A stretch of DNA of 64,000 nt from the human T2T-CHM13v2.0 reference genome, Homo sapiens: assembly GCF_009914755.1 (NCBI RefSeq), contig NC_060937.1; one strand, given 5' to 3'. The translations under genes and the position numbers were made by a program. Positions 16,094 to 34,305 of this stretch are shown piece by piece. The notes beneath the pieces are model-generated. The model searched no databases. It had not been told where the DNA came from and saw only the letters and a program-made list of their open reading frames with translations. Each line of letters opens with the position of its first letter. Position 1 is the first letter of the stretch.

Positions 16094-16310
16094 TAGCTGC
16101 ACTGTCCAATATAGTAGCCACAGCCACATGGGGCTCTTTAAATTTTAAGCTAATTAAAATTAAATAAAATTTAAAGAAGTAAATATTAGTTCTTCAGATA
16201 TACTAGCCACATTTTCAGTGCTCAATAACGTGATTAGAGGCTACCATATTGGACAGTGCAGACTATAAAACATTTCCATCATTATAGAAAATTCTATTGG
16301 ATACCCTAAT
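16094..16310. mobile_element. MER33/MER3-like hAT element
   Basis: gcactgtccaatatagtagcc ... ggctaccatattggacagtgc inverted repeat. Confidence 0.7.
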
Positions 16311-16880
16311 ACAGTATTGGTTTTCTATAGCATTGGTTAAGTGACCATACTGACTAAAGAGGGATAAGGTTTTGATTTGATGAAATCTGATTAAATTTAT
16401 TTGTTGGTAAAATTTAGGGGAAAAAAGCACAAAATCACCCATAATTTATCACCCAGAGATAACTACACTGCTGTTTCTATCCACTTTTTCCTTAAAATAT
16501 GTGTATATATATGTGTGTGTGTACATACACACACATCATTTTCCATATGATTAATATTTCTTGAAAACATTCTTTTTATATGCTCTCATCTGTTTTTCAA
16601 AACATGATAGTATATGTAACACCTGATCTTATGGATATGCCTTGCTGTGTTTTAGTTCTTTGATATCATTCGATATTTATACTGTTTCCCATGTTTTGTG
16701 CTTATAAATAATGCTGTTCCTTACTCTATAACTTGTTTAAATCTTTGTCCCAATTTGCCTTAGAAAAAATTCAGAGATATGGTTTAAAGGTATGAAAAAT
16801 ATTTTTTAGAGCAATTGATTTATGCTGCCAAGCTACCCTCCAGAAATGCACTGTAAATACATCCCTAAAAGCTGGATTCA

Positions 16881-17093
<213 letters not shown>

Positions 17094-18864
17094 CTATAAC
17101 TATAGTATGCTTAACTGGACAGGAAGAAAATCTCATATTTACATATGTAATTATCATTAGCACTACTAAAATTCAGCAAGGATGCAAGAGTAATACACAA
17201 TAACAAATAGTTGTGTTGTAATATATATTAAACATAAAAGCAACAAACTATTACACATATAATTTGAAAAAAGATACTTTTCACAGTAGCAAGAAAGACA
17301 AGATACCTACAAATATATCTATTAAAAATGGTGTAAAACCTTTATGAAGAAAATTATCAAACTTCTGACAAAGGAGGAGGAAGACGGAGAACAGGTCACT
17401 TGTCTTCCAAGATGGCAGGACTTACTCCAAAGGTACAGTAGTTAAAAACAGTGTAACATTAACCAGGGATGGAAAAATTAAAGATAAGAACAAGAGAGAC
17501 CCATGCATATATAGACAAGAGAGACCCATGCATATATAGACAATTGCTATCTAGAACACATAGTATCATCGAGGCAACCTTAAAAAACAACAAAGAGAAA
17601 AGGTAAATATGTTAGAAAAACAATCTAACTGGCAAAATATCTGAAGTCTAAAAATCATCAAGTACTGGAAAAGACGGAGAAACAGGAACTCAATACCACT
17701 AGTGAGAAGATAAATCTTAACAGCTACTCTTAGCTGACTATTCAGCATTTTCTAGAATAAGTAAAAATGTGCATGCCCTTTGACCTGGCAATTCTACTCC
17801 TAGATATGAGAAACACGCATATGCACAAGGGAAAATTTCCTTAAGGCACTGCCTATAATAATAAAAAATGAAAACACTACCTCCTAATCAGCAAATGAAT
17901 ATGGCTCATATATACAGTAGAATACTATTTATCAATTAAAAAGGATGAAGTGCTTTGGGAGGCCAAGGTGGGCAGATCGCTTGAGTCCAGGAGTTTGAGG
18001 CCAGCATTGGCAACATGGTGAAACCCCTCTACCAAAAAAATACAAACATTAGCTGGGCATGGTGGTGTAAGCCTGTAGTCCCTGCTACGTGGGGGCTGAG
18101 GTGGGAGGACTGGTTGAGCCCAAGAGGCGGAGGTTGCAATGAGTTGTCTACAGTTGTGACCAGCCTGGGCAACATGGCGAAACCCCATCTATACAAAAAA
18201 TACAAAAATTAGCTGGACGTCGTGGTGTGTGCCTATAGTCTCGGATACTTGAGAGGATTGCTTGAGCCTGGGAAGTTGAGGCTGCAGTGAGCCAAGATCG
18301 TGCCACTACACTCCAGTCTGGGCAACAGAGTGAGACCCTGTCTCAAAGAAAACAAAACAAAAAAATCATAAAACTCTAGGATTTTTTTATCTTGCTTTTT
18401 CATGAACACCAATGTTTTCATGTTTGCTGGGACAAATATGAAAACACTGTATGAAAATTTTCTTTAAGTTACTGAGCTATTTAAAAGAAACCAAAATTTA
18501 AATTGGCAGCTGATGTATTCCGTGCGTGGTTTATATAAGATAATGTACAACTCTAATCAATAGGTTAAAAGAAAAAGTACTAAGGCTCTACATCAAAATA
18601 TTGGTGAATATGTAAGTTTCAAATTAAAATGTTAATAACAAGCTGACAGATATTGAACATAATCAAGAGTATTAAAAACATACCAGAAAATTTTCTTTCT
18701 CTTGGACAAAATCATGCTGAATGAAATGGTACTTAATGTAATCCAATGTTAGGAATTAAACAGATGAAGAAAACTATTAGAATGTCTAAGATGATGAAAT
18801 CAATTTTGTTCAAAGATAGTTTGGGAAAAATGTTCCTGAGAAGTAACTTGATTCTTATACTTAC

Positions 18865-18950
18865 CACTTTTTTCCAACTGCTGGATGATGGGGCTGGGAG
18901 TGGCAAAAACATTATCATTGAGCCTGGATTCTGTATCTATGGCCTCCTCA
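18865..18950 (-). CDS. SKA3: SKA3 exon 5 ([29 protein letters not shown])
   Basis: Acceptor acaccag|T, donor GTG|gtaagt; 86 nt. Confidence 0.95.
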
Positions 18951-19440
18951 CTGGTGTGATTCATAGGGAAATTACAAGGTTAAAAAAGTTAACATTCAAT
19001 CTCTGGGAAAAAAATTTAACCTTACTAAATATCAAGTTTGGACAAACATTCAGTTATGCTTTATGGTATAGAAGTCCCATGAAACAAATTCTTTTCTTTT
19101 TTCTAATATATATCCATGGTACAAAAAGGTTAAGGACCACTAAGTTCAACTTATTAGTTCAAAAAGGGAACTATGTAACTCCTGGGACTTCAAAATCCTA
19201 AAGTGGAATTTTATAACCAGTGTACACATATAGATTAAAAACTTGCCATTTTTTTAAGACTAAAATGACTGATCCTGTCATATGATTATCATTGTCCTAG
19301 CCAGTTACACAGATGTCTGTAAAATAGTTATAAAGAGAATATCACTGAATACAAGATAGTTCAGGATTGATTTTCACTTACAAGTTTCCAGTTTTGAATT
19401 TAAACATAATGACCCATGCTGTCTTTAACATCTTGTGTAA

Positions 19441-19554
<114 letters not shown>

Positions 19555-20878
19555 TAAGCCTCCCGAGTAGCTGGGACTACAGGCATACACCACTGCGCCT
19601 GGCTAATGTTTGTATTTTTTTGGTAGAGACAGGGTTTCACCATGTTGGCCAGGCTGGTCTCGAACTCCTGACCTCAGGTGATCCACCCACCTTGACCTCC
19701 CAAAGTGCTGGGATTACAGGTGTGGATTACAGGTGTGAGCCACTACACCTGGTCATTGTGTAAAACATTTTTTTAAAAGTGTGTATACAGTATGGCACAT
19801 ATACAAAAGAATATATATGTTGTACAAAAGTTCTAAAAATAAAAGGGCTGGGCATAGTGGCTTATGCCTGTTGCAGGGCCAAAGTGGGAGGATCTCTTCA
19901 GGCTATGAGTTGGAGATCAGGCTGCACAACATAGCAAGACCCCATCTCTACAAAAAATAAAAAAAAATAAAATTAGCTGGGAGTTGCGGCACATACCTGT
20001 AGCCTCAGCTACGCAGCAGGCTGAGGTGGAAGAACCACTCGAACCCAGTTCATAGCTGCAGTGAGCTATCATCCTGCCACTGCACTCTAGCCTGGGTGGT
20101 GGGAATGTTTCATGGAAAGAGTTGATTTGTAAATGTCTAAAACCTTTTACCCAGTCATTTTACCTCTAAGAAAACTCAAGAAACATTTTGGCACAGTAGT
20201 ATTTATCACAGCTTATTTATAATAGGGGAAAATTGGAAAGAACCAAAATATGACAGTGAGACCCTGTCTCTAAAAATAAAAAGAAAGAAAGAAAGAAAGA
20301 ATACTACTAGTACCTGTGTAGTCCTCTATGGAAGCTTCCCAACTTGGTACCCATCTCTGCCCTACAGAGGGAAATTTCTGTCTAGATTTGCTTGGTACTT
20401 TAACTACTTGTGTACTCTTAATATAATTTTTGTGCTTTTGAACTTTTGAACTATAAATGAAATAATAGTGTTATATATATAACACTATATGCACACTTTG
20501 TTTTCCTTGAATTTGTTCATTTAAGTAAAATTTCATAAAGGCTTTTATATACACTGACAATTTTCCCTAAGAAAGATTCACCAGTGGCCACCAGCATTAT
20601 AAAAGCATTTTCTTATGTCTTATCAACACTGAATATAACCTGTCTTTTTTGGTATTCTCTCTCTTAACATTAATAAGCCTAGTTAAAACTTGGAAATAAA
20701 AACATCTGGATATGTTTTAGCCAAATATGCATCTGGATAGTTGAAAAATGACATCTCATTTTTTTATTTGAATTTCCTTCATTACCTGCAAGGCTAAAAG
20801 TGTTCATATGCTTATTGGTCAATTGTATTTCTTCTGGGGTTTTTTTGTTTTGAGATGGAGTCTCATTGTGTCACCTAA

Positions 20879-21332
<454 letters not shown>

Positions 21333-22685
21333 TGATTAAATCTATCCATATTCTTTAGTATGATTTCTAGCTTTGATGTCATGCCATAATTTATCTACTT
21401 TCTCCTGTTAGTTATTTTGGTTCTTTCCAATTCTCCCCATTTAAAATAAGGCTGTAATAAACACCACTGTGCCAAAATGTTTGTTAAGTTTTCGTAGAGG
21501 TAAAATAGTCATTTACCTAGGTAAAAGGTTTTAAACAGTTAAGAATCAACTCTTTCCATGATACATTCCTGACAATGATATATGAACACACGTTTCATTG
21601 TACTCTTCTAACAGTTAAAACAAATATGCTTTGTACTATTTTGATAGACAAAACTGTTTTTAAAATATTTATTAGTCGTATCTATTCCTGTCCATTGCCT
21701 AGGCTGCTTTTGGTGTTAGTGGTTTCTTATTAGTATGTGTGTAACAGCCCTCAGTGCAATTATTTTCTTGGTTTATTTTTTGCCCTTTATATGCTTCATG
21801 TTCCAGTCTATTTATTTTATTTTTATTTTTTTAGAGGCGGGATCTAGCTATGTTGCGCAGGCTGGTTTCAAACTCCTGGGTTCATGTGATTCTCCCAGCT
21901 CAGCCTCCCAAGCAGGTGGAACTAAGGCATGAATCACCATGCCTGACTCATGTTCCCTTCCATATTTCTGAATAGAATAAACAAATATCGTTAAGATGTC
22001 TAATCATGTCAATTAATTTACAAGTTTCTTGCAATTACAAACATAATGGTAATTGCAGTATACGCTTTCACTGTTTAAACAGATAACTTATCTATATTTT
22101 CTTTTATTTTTTAAATAATTTATCTAAATATTTATCTTTTTGATCTATCTATATTTTATGTTGACTTGAGGCAGAGATGACTTGATTTTTTTTCCAGTTA
22201 ACTAATTGTTCCAGTATAACTTACTGAATCATCTTTACTTCAAAAATACCTTCAGGATCACTTGAGGCCAGGACTTAGAGACTAGCCTGGGTAACACAGT
22301 GAGACCCTGTCTTTACAGAAAGTTAAAAAAAAAAAAAAATTAGGCAGGCATGGTGGTCCACACCTGTAGTCCCACCTACTCCTTGGGAAGCTGAGGCAGG
22401 AGGACTGCTTGAGTCTAGGAAGTCGAAGCTGCAGTGAGCTATGATGATGCCTCTGCACTCCAACCTGGGTGACAGACTAAGAACCTGTCTCTAAAAATAA
22501 ATAAATAAATAAATAAATACATAAAGAAAGAAATAGTTGCCCTGTGTAACTATATAAAATATATATCTTCTTTCAGCCTCTTACTTGAATTTTATTATTT
22601 CTATACGTTTTTCATGTGATTTTCTTGAGTTGCCTAGGTACAAAATGGCCTAGAAGTGCAACACAGAAATATTTCTTATTTCCTA

Positions 22686-22895
<210 letters not shown>

Positions 22896-23094
22896 TCAGG
22901 TGGCTGAGGCTCGAGAATCACTTAAACTCAGGAGGCAGAGGTTGCAGTGAGCTGAGATTGCCCCAGTGCACTCCAGCCTGGGAACAGAGCAAGACCTTGT
23001 CTCAAAACAATAACATGACATGACATAACATTAGAAAGGATTCGTCCAGAACACCATCTATGCTCAGAGCTTTTTGGAGCTTGTTATCTGATAA

Positions 23095-23313
<219 letters not shown>

Positions 23314-24534
23314 TAATGTCAAGCGATCCACTGTGCCTGGCCTGTTATCTGATAACTTTTCAGTTTTCTTCTCTGATTACTGGTCTACCCAGGTTTTCTA
23401 CTTCAAGTCAATTTTTATCATTTTGTATTATTTTCTAAAACTTTAATATATCTGAAATTTTCAAATTTCCCAATACTATAACCTACGATATTTTCTGATA
23501 GCTTAGAAAAATAAAAACATAGGCCAGGCACAGTGGCTCACGCCTGTAAACCCAGCACTTTGGGAGGCCGAGGCAGGTGGATCACTTGAGGCCAGGAGTT
23601 CAAGACCAGCCTGGCCACCATGGTGAAACCCTGTCTCTACTAAAAATACAAAAATTAGCCAAATGTAGTGGTGTGCGCCTGCAATTCCAGCTACTTAGGT
23701 GGCTGAGGCACGAGAATCACTTGAACCCAGTGGTGGAGGTTGCAGTGAGCTGAGATCGAGCCATTGCACTCCAGCCTGGGGGATAGAACAAGACCATCTG
23801 AAAAACAAAACAAAACAAACAAACAAAACACACAATATAGTCCTTAGTTCTTAATGCTCTTATTTGTATTTATGTTTAGATAAGGACCAGTTCTTAGGTT
23901 TATCAATTCTACTCTTTTAAAAATCTTTTGGATTAAAATTTTATCTTTAGTGTTTTTTTCCCCAGAGTTGTGGGGTTTTTTTCTTTGACAGGAATGTTTG
24001 TTATCCTTCTTTAATAGTAATAGTTTTTAATGATAAGTATTTATCTATAGACATTGCTTGGCTACTTTGATAAGTGGTATTTTCATTGTAACTCTTACGG
24101 TTTTAATCACCATTTCCATGCTAATGACTCCCAAATCTAGTTTAGCACTGAATTCTTCACTGAGCTTTAAACTGATATTAGAATGCCTAAGCATGAAGAG
24201 GCACTAACAATGTCAAAACCAACATGTAAACACATCACCTATCCCCCCATACTCCAGGTATTCTTTTCTTGTTCTAACATCATCCCAAGCAACAAAACAG
24301 AAACTTGGGGTTTATCCTAGATCATCCCCTTTTCCCATGTCTCCATAGCAAATCAATCACAAGTTCTTACTAATTTTACCCCTTTAATCTTATTTCCTCT
24401 TTTCTATCCCTACAAATATCTTTTTTTCAGGCCCTTATCACTTCTATAGTCTCTCACCTGAAGAAACTGACAGCTCACACTTTATTGATAGTATTGGTGA
24501 TTTGAGAAGATCTGTAATATAAAGTATCTGAAAA

Positions 24535-24940
<406 letters not shown>

Positions 24941-25058
24941 TCTGAAAACTTTTTAAAGCAAAAATGTCTGAAACATTTTATTTCTTCTGGAAAAAAAATC
25001 AATAAATACAAAAGGTTTAGAAAGCTAGATAAAATATGCCTTTTAACAGAGCTGCTTA

Positions 25059-25484
<426 letters not shown>

Positions 25485-25769
25485 TCAGAATATTCTGGTC
25501 AAACTCAAAATGGAAAATTTCACGTTTACAAAAACAACAGAAAACAGCTTATCTGAAATTTCCCAAATCAGCAAAAGTTCCAATTGTCTAAACATTTTAT
25601 TTATTTAGTATTTATTGAGACAGGGTCTCGCTCTGCCACCCAGGCTGGAGTACAGAGGTGTGATCACAGCTCACTGCAGCCTCGACCTCCTGGGCTCAAG
25701 TGATCGTCCCATCTCAGCCCCTGGGGTAGCTGGGACTACAGGTGTGCCACCATGCTCAGCTAATTTTAA

Positions 25770-26009
<240 letters not shown>

Positions 26010-26194
26010 TAAGATGAAAAATTAATATTCACAAATAAAAGTCCAATTTTCTTACATCCTTAATGTGATTTACTAGTTTTTCATAATATTTTTTCTTTCT
26101 TTTTTTTTTTTCTTTCTCAGACTTCAGTGAGCATCAGAATATATTTTCTGTAGCTTTGACTGTTGCCCAGGCTGGAGTGCAGTGGCACAATCAC

Positions 26195-26799
26195 AGATAA
26201 GTAGGCAACAATGGGGGAAGGCCCCAGGTTGGGGCGAACAATGAACAACTGTTCTGAGAAAAGGCTAATCACAAACAACCTGCAGGCACACAACTTTGTT
26301 CCTTTTTTTTTTTATTTTTATTTTTTGAGTCAGGGTCTCACTTTGTCCCCCAGGCTGGAGTGCGGTGGCAATCTCGGCTCACTGCAGCCTCAACCTCCAA
26401 AGCTGGGACTATAGGCACGCACCACCATGCCCAGCTAATTTTTTGTATTTTTGGTAGAGACAGGGTTTCACCATGTTGCCTAGACAGGTCTAGAACTCCT
26501 GAGCTCAAGTGATCTGCCCACCTCGGCCTCCCAGCGTGCTGGGATTACCCATGTGAGCCACCATGCCTGGTCACAACAACCTTGTTCTGTACCTAGCCCG
26601 CCTCCAGCATGACCCTATAAAACTTCCCTTCAGCCTCTGCCTCTTTGCAGACAGCCCCTTCTCTGCTGTACTGCCCATTGCAACCTTGCAATGTATTTTC
26701 ATACTTTCGCTAATAAATCTGCCTTTCTCTACCTACAACTGTCTTGGTAAATTCCTTTACCACCTGAGACACTAGCCCCAGCTAGTCACACCCACAACA
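26195..26799 (+). mobile_element. ERV1 LTR 3' portion (MER50-like) within an AluJ, itself interrupted by an Alu (~26300-26571)
   Basis: TATAAAA 26616, AATAAA 26712 and a terminal ...aca; tail resembles MER50. Confidence 0.65.
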
Positions 26800-26875
26800 C
26801 TGGGCTCAGGTGATTCTCCTACCTCAGCCTCCCAGGCAGCTGGTACTACAGACATGTGCCACCATGCCCAGATAA

Positions 26876-27022
<147 letters not shown>

Positions 27023-27242
27023 TAAAATTTCATGACAGTATGGAATCAACTGTGTTCCAGATTTAACACAGAGTATGATATTATTTTAGATTCGTAACTT
27101 CCAGATGCCTCAGCTAAATAGCAAAGACTGCTATATAAAGATAAGTTTGTATCCTTAGTCTGGAACACCTATATAAAACACCTAGTTGAGAAAAATAATA
27201 GGAGAGCACTTCAAAGATATACAGTTTCTCAACCATTAATAG

Positions 27243-27606
<364 letters not shown>

Positions 27607-29390
27607 CTAAAGTTTTATATTTTGATTTCATAGTTTTTGTTCCTTTGAAGAGCTTCTGAGTCACTGAGTTGTTTTTGGCATTATGCTTTCTGTTACTTTT
27701 GAGAACAGAAAGTTCTTGCTACAAGAGTTCCAAAAACCTACTGATGTATTTATCACAGTGCTGTCATTTCAGAGATTAATAAATCATCATTATCACTACT
27801 CCATAGGGAGATATTATTATCCCCATCTTATAAGTGAGGAAAAAGCAACTTAGAGAAATTACCCAAGGTCACGCATGTAATAACTGGTGGAGCCCGTATT
27901 TGAATCTGTGGCTCTTTCACACCAAAGTCAACTGAATTCTATGATTCCACGTGGGGGGTGGTGGTGGTGGTATGGGTTGTTTGTATGTATGTATGTATGT
28001 ATGTATTTTATTTATTGAGACAGGGTCTTGCTATGTCATGCAGGTTGGAGTGCAGTGGCGTGATAGTAGCTCACTGTGGCCTTGAACTCGTGGGCTTAAG
28101 GGATCCCTTCTGCCTCAGCCTCCTGAATAGCTGGGACTCCAAGTGTGCACCACCATGCCCAGCTAATTTTGTAAAAGAATTTTTTGTAGAGACAGAGTCT
28201 CATTATGTAGCCCTGGCCTCAAGTGATCCTCCTGCCTCAATCTCCCACACTGCTGGGGTAACAGGCATGAGCCACTGTGCCCGTCTCACATGGACTGTTT
28301 AACTTACCTGCCACACACATCCTCAATACATACTTGTTCAATTTAATAACAGAAATGAAGACACTGGGCCAGGCGCTGTGGCTCACGCCTGTAATCCCAG
28401 CACTTTGGGAGGCCGAGACAGGCGGATCACGAGGTCAGGAGATCGAGACCATTCTGGGTAACACAGTGAAACCCCGTCTCTAATAAAAATACAAAAAAAT
28501 TAGCTGGGCGTGGTGGCGGGCCCCTGTAGTCCCAACTACTCAGGAGGCTGAGGCAGGAGAATGGCTTGAACCCGGGAGGTAGAGCTTGCAGTGAGCCGAG
28601 ATCGCGCCACTGCACGACTGAGCGAGACTCCATCTCAAAAAAAAAAAAAAGAAATGAAGACACTGAAGTTAGTCATTCAGAGGTATGGGCATAACAGTAA
28701 CAGTTAATAATTAATCTTGGGTGACTGACATGCTAGGAACTGCTGTAAGCAACTTTATCTTATTTAATCCTTATACAATCTCATGAGATAGATATACTAA
28801 ACATTCCCACTTTACAAATGAGAAACTGAGGCACAAGGTTAAGTAACTTGACAAAGATAATAATACAGCTATTAAGTGGTGGAATACGGATTTGAACTCA
28901 GGCATTTTGGCTCCAAATTCTAAACCACTATGATAGACTGCCCTTCATTAAAATTTTAGAATCAAAAAAGGACTTCGTCAAATTTTATAGCCAATATCTC
29001 TTTCTATAGAAGAGAACACTGTGAACAAGAAAAATGAAATAACATGCCTCGAGGTCTCTCAGCTTTTATTGGCAGGGCTAACTAGAAACCACCTATCCCA
29101 AGTTTTGAAGATTTATCTTGTAGTTTTTCATTTAAATAGGCCATCTAGCCTAAATGTGCTAAATCTAGCATTGTGCTAGCTTTCATTTGGCATTTTGGAA
29201 AGGAGAACAAGGACTGTCTTTATATTACACCCCTGATTAGCACTCCAAAAGCACACCACACAGTGAGAGTTGACTAAATATTTATCAAATAAGCGTCAGA
29301 TAACAACAGAGCTAGAACTAAAAACCATAGCCAAGGCTACAGTTGTCTTAATCATGCTGCCTTGTTTCTTCAATACTAAAACAAACGCTA

Positions 29391-29579
<189 letters not shown>

Positions 29580-29691
29580 TTATGAATAAAGAAAGTACAT
29601 TTTAATTTCTCTAACTTCTGACTAAATCTATTTAGGATAAAAAAATTACTCGCCACAGAAAAATAATAAATCAATATTGTAGGAGTGATAC

Positions 29692-29753
29692 CTTTAGAGT
29701 CTGAACTTCTGAATGAAGGTCATATAAAATTCTCATTGGATAATCTTCAAAGT
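29692..29753 (-). CDS. SKA3: SKA3 exon 2 (DFEDYPMRILYDLHSEVQTLK)
   Basis: Acceptor ttgaag|AC, donor AAG|gtatca; 62 nt, phase-consistent. Confidence 0.95.
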
Positions 29754-29825
29754 CTTCAATATGAATATTGAAAGAAAAGAAGTCCAATAAATGTAAGGAA
29801 AAGGAGGAAGAAAAAGAATAGTATA

Positions 29826-30148
29826 CAATCATATACCTTATAATGACATTGGTCAATGACAGATCACATATGACAGTGGTACCATAAGATAATACCATAT
29901 TTTTTACCGTACCTTTTTTATGTTTAGATACACAAATACTTACCATAATGTTACAGTTGCTTACAGTATTCAATGCAGTCGCATGCTATACAGGTTTGTG
30001 GCCTAGGAGCGACAGGCTACACCATACAGCCTAGGTATGCAGTAGGTCATATCATCTACGTTTGTGTTACATATGCTCTATGATGTTCGCACAATAACAA
30101 AATTGCCTAACGTTGCTCAGAATGTATCCCCATTAAGTAACATGACTG
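29826..30148 (-). mobile_element. Tigger3a in the opposite orientation, 73 bp from SKA3 exon 2
   Basis: Reverse-complement similarity to 14314-14638; TA flanks. Confidence 0.8.
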
Positions 30149-30331
30149 TATAACATACATACTGAAAAGCATACAAATCCTAAGTATATAGTTTAATGAA
30201 CTTTATAAAATGAGCATACCTGCACAACTGGCCCTCAGCTCAAGAAAAAGAAGGAGAAACAGAGCCTTAGTAGAACTCTAGAAGCCCTCTTATAGTCTCT
30301 CCCTTCCCCACAAGGGTAAACTTTAGCCTGA

Positions 30332-30647
<316 letters not shown>

Positions 30648-31062
30648 TAACGCCATGAAGTAGTTTTGTCACTTATGAACTTGATTTAATGGACTCAAAC
30701 ATATGTACTCTTTTGCGACTGGCTTCTTTCACTCAACTGTTACATTCTTCCACGTTCGTAATCTAATCCATGTTCATTATTGTGTAGCATTTCCACTGAG
30801 TGACACCATATTTATTTATTCTATTGTTGAAACACTTTGGATTGTGCCTAGTTTGGAATTATTATGAATACTCTTGCTTTGAACTTCCTAGAACATGTCT
30901 TTGGTACCAATGTATTCATATTTCTGTATGTTAAGAGACTCAGAAAAAGTGCTGGATTATATGTTATGCATATGCTCAACTTCAGTAAATACTGCTAGTT
31001 TTCCAACATGATTTTTACAGTTCACACTCCCACCAGCAGTGCATAAGAAGTGCATTTGTTCC

Positions 31063-31872
31063 TGCTCATCATCACTGGCCATCAGAGAAATGCAAATCAA
31101 AACCACAATGAGATACCATCTCACACCAGTTAGAATGGCAATCATTAAAAAGTCAGGAAAAAACAGGTGCTGGAGAGGATGTGGAGAAATAGGAACACTT
31201 TTACACTGTTGGTAGGACTGTAAACTAGTTCAACCATTGTGGAAGACAGTGTGGCAATTCCTCAAGGATCTAGAACTAAAAATACCATTTGACCCAGCCA
31301 TCCCATCACTGGGTATATACCCAAAGGATTATAAATCATGCTGCTATAAAGACACATGCACACTTATGTTTATTGTCGCACTATTCACAATAGCAAAGAC
31401 TTGGAACCAACCCAAATGTCCATCAATGATAGACTGGATTAAGAAAATGTGGCACATATACACCATGTGCAGCCATAAAAAACGATAAGTTCATGTCCTA
31501 TGTAGGGACATGGATGAATCTGGAAACCATCATTCTCAGCAAACTATTGCAAGGACAAAAAACCAAACACCGCATGTTCTCACTCATAGATGGGAATTGA
31601 ACAATGAGAACACTTGGACACAGGAAGGGGAACATCACACACTTGGGCCTGTCATGGGGTGAGGGAAGGGGGGAGGGATAGCATTAGGAGATATACCTAA
31701 TGTAAATGACGAGATAATGGGTGCAGCACACCAACATGGTGCATGTATACATATGTAAGAAACCTGCACGTTGTGCACATGTACCCTAGAACTTAAAAGT
31801 ATAATAATTTTAAAAAAAGAAAAAAAAAGTGCGTACTGCTCCAACAACAACAACAACAACAACAACAACAAA
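31063..31872 (+). mobile_element. 5'-truncated L1PA (PA4/5-like) 3' end inserted into an older L1M fragment in SKA3 intron 1
   Basis: ORF2 C-terminal remnant (WKTVWQFLKDL...PFDPAIP), L1 3' UTR, A/(AAC)n tail; TSD aag(t/c)gcatttgttcc at 31048-31062 and 31873-31887. Confidence 0.9.
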
Positions 31873-32048
31873 AAGCGCATTTGTTCCACATCTTTCCAAA
31901 CACTTGGTAATTTTCTCTTTTTCGTTTTAGCTATCCTGCTGGGTATGCAACTGTACTACATTGAGATTTAATTTGCATTTCCTTGATGACTAATGAAATT
32001 TGCATTTCCTTGATGACTAATGAAATTGATGTCTTTTCACATTCCTGA

Positions 32049-32484
<436 letters not shown>

Positions 32485-33449
32485 TAGCTGGGACTACCGG
32501 CGCCCGCCACCACGCCCGGCTAATTTTTTGTATTTTTAGTAGAGACGGGGTTTCACCGTGTTAGCCGGGATGGTCTCGATCTCCTGACCTTGTGATCCGC
32601 CCGCCTCAGCCTCCCAAAGTGCTAGGATTACAGGCGTGAGCCACCGCGCCGGGCAGAAATAGACATTTTCAAGTGACTGGAGATCATTCATTATATAATT
32701 AAAGTAAAAGTAGTCTGCAGGGTGTAATATTTTAAAGCACATTACAATTATGACATTTATGAAATAATTCCAAAATCTGAACTACTTTTTCAACAATTTA
32801 AAAAATCTCTAATAAAAAGGGGAATGGTGAATTTTGCTTTATTTATATACACATATTTTTTTAAACCCCAGCACTGTTGAGTACTAGTGTTTGTGTTGGC
32901 AACATGGTTTAGCGGGAAAAACACAGAGGTTTACTGCAACTGTGGACCACGTGAGTGAGAAAAAAGTCACTATATGTGTAAAGTATTGTGTAAAGAACGT
33001 TAAATAGCTTGATTCTAAGAGAAACTGTTTAGGTTTACATGGTATTTTACTGACAAGCACACATATTGTATGTGACGAAAGCATATCACGTATAAATTAG
33101 TATATGTATTATGAGCTCAATCTGTTAATTTAGGTTCTTATTCTTAAGTGCTGCTGTCTCTGTTTATAACGTAATAGTGCTACTTTCATTATCTCAAGAG
33201 AGCCTTGGGGTTGTACATGGGTCTAAAACGGACACGCGACAAGGGTTCCTAGGAATAAACCATAAACAGGCCCGGGAGCTACGCTAACGCCAAACGCCGA
33301 GCAGTGAGACGCGCAGCACCCGCCCTGCGCCTCGGTGGCAGCCGTCCACGCCGTCAGTGCCTGGCGGTTCCCGTGGGACATACCGTCCACTCGCCACGCC
33401 CCTCCGCCCGCGGCGCACCCCACGCACCGTGCCCTGGCCGCCCGCCTCA

Positions 33450-34305
<856 letters not shown>

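Noticed and set aside
18746-19201. 151-aa plus-strand ORF antisense to SKA3 exon 5
   Set aside because: No homology recognised and no supporting promoter or splice structure; probably chance.
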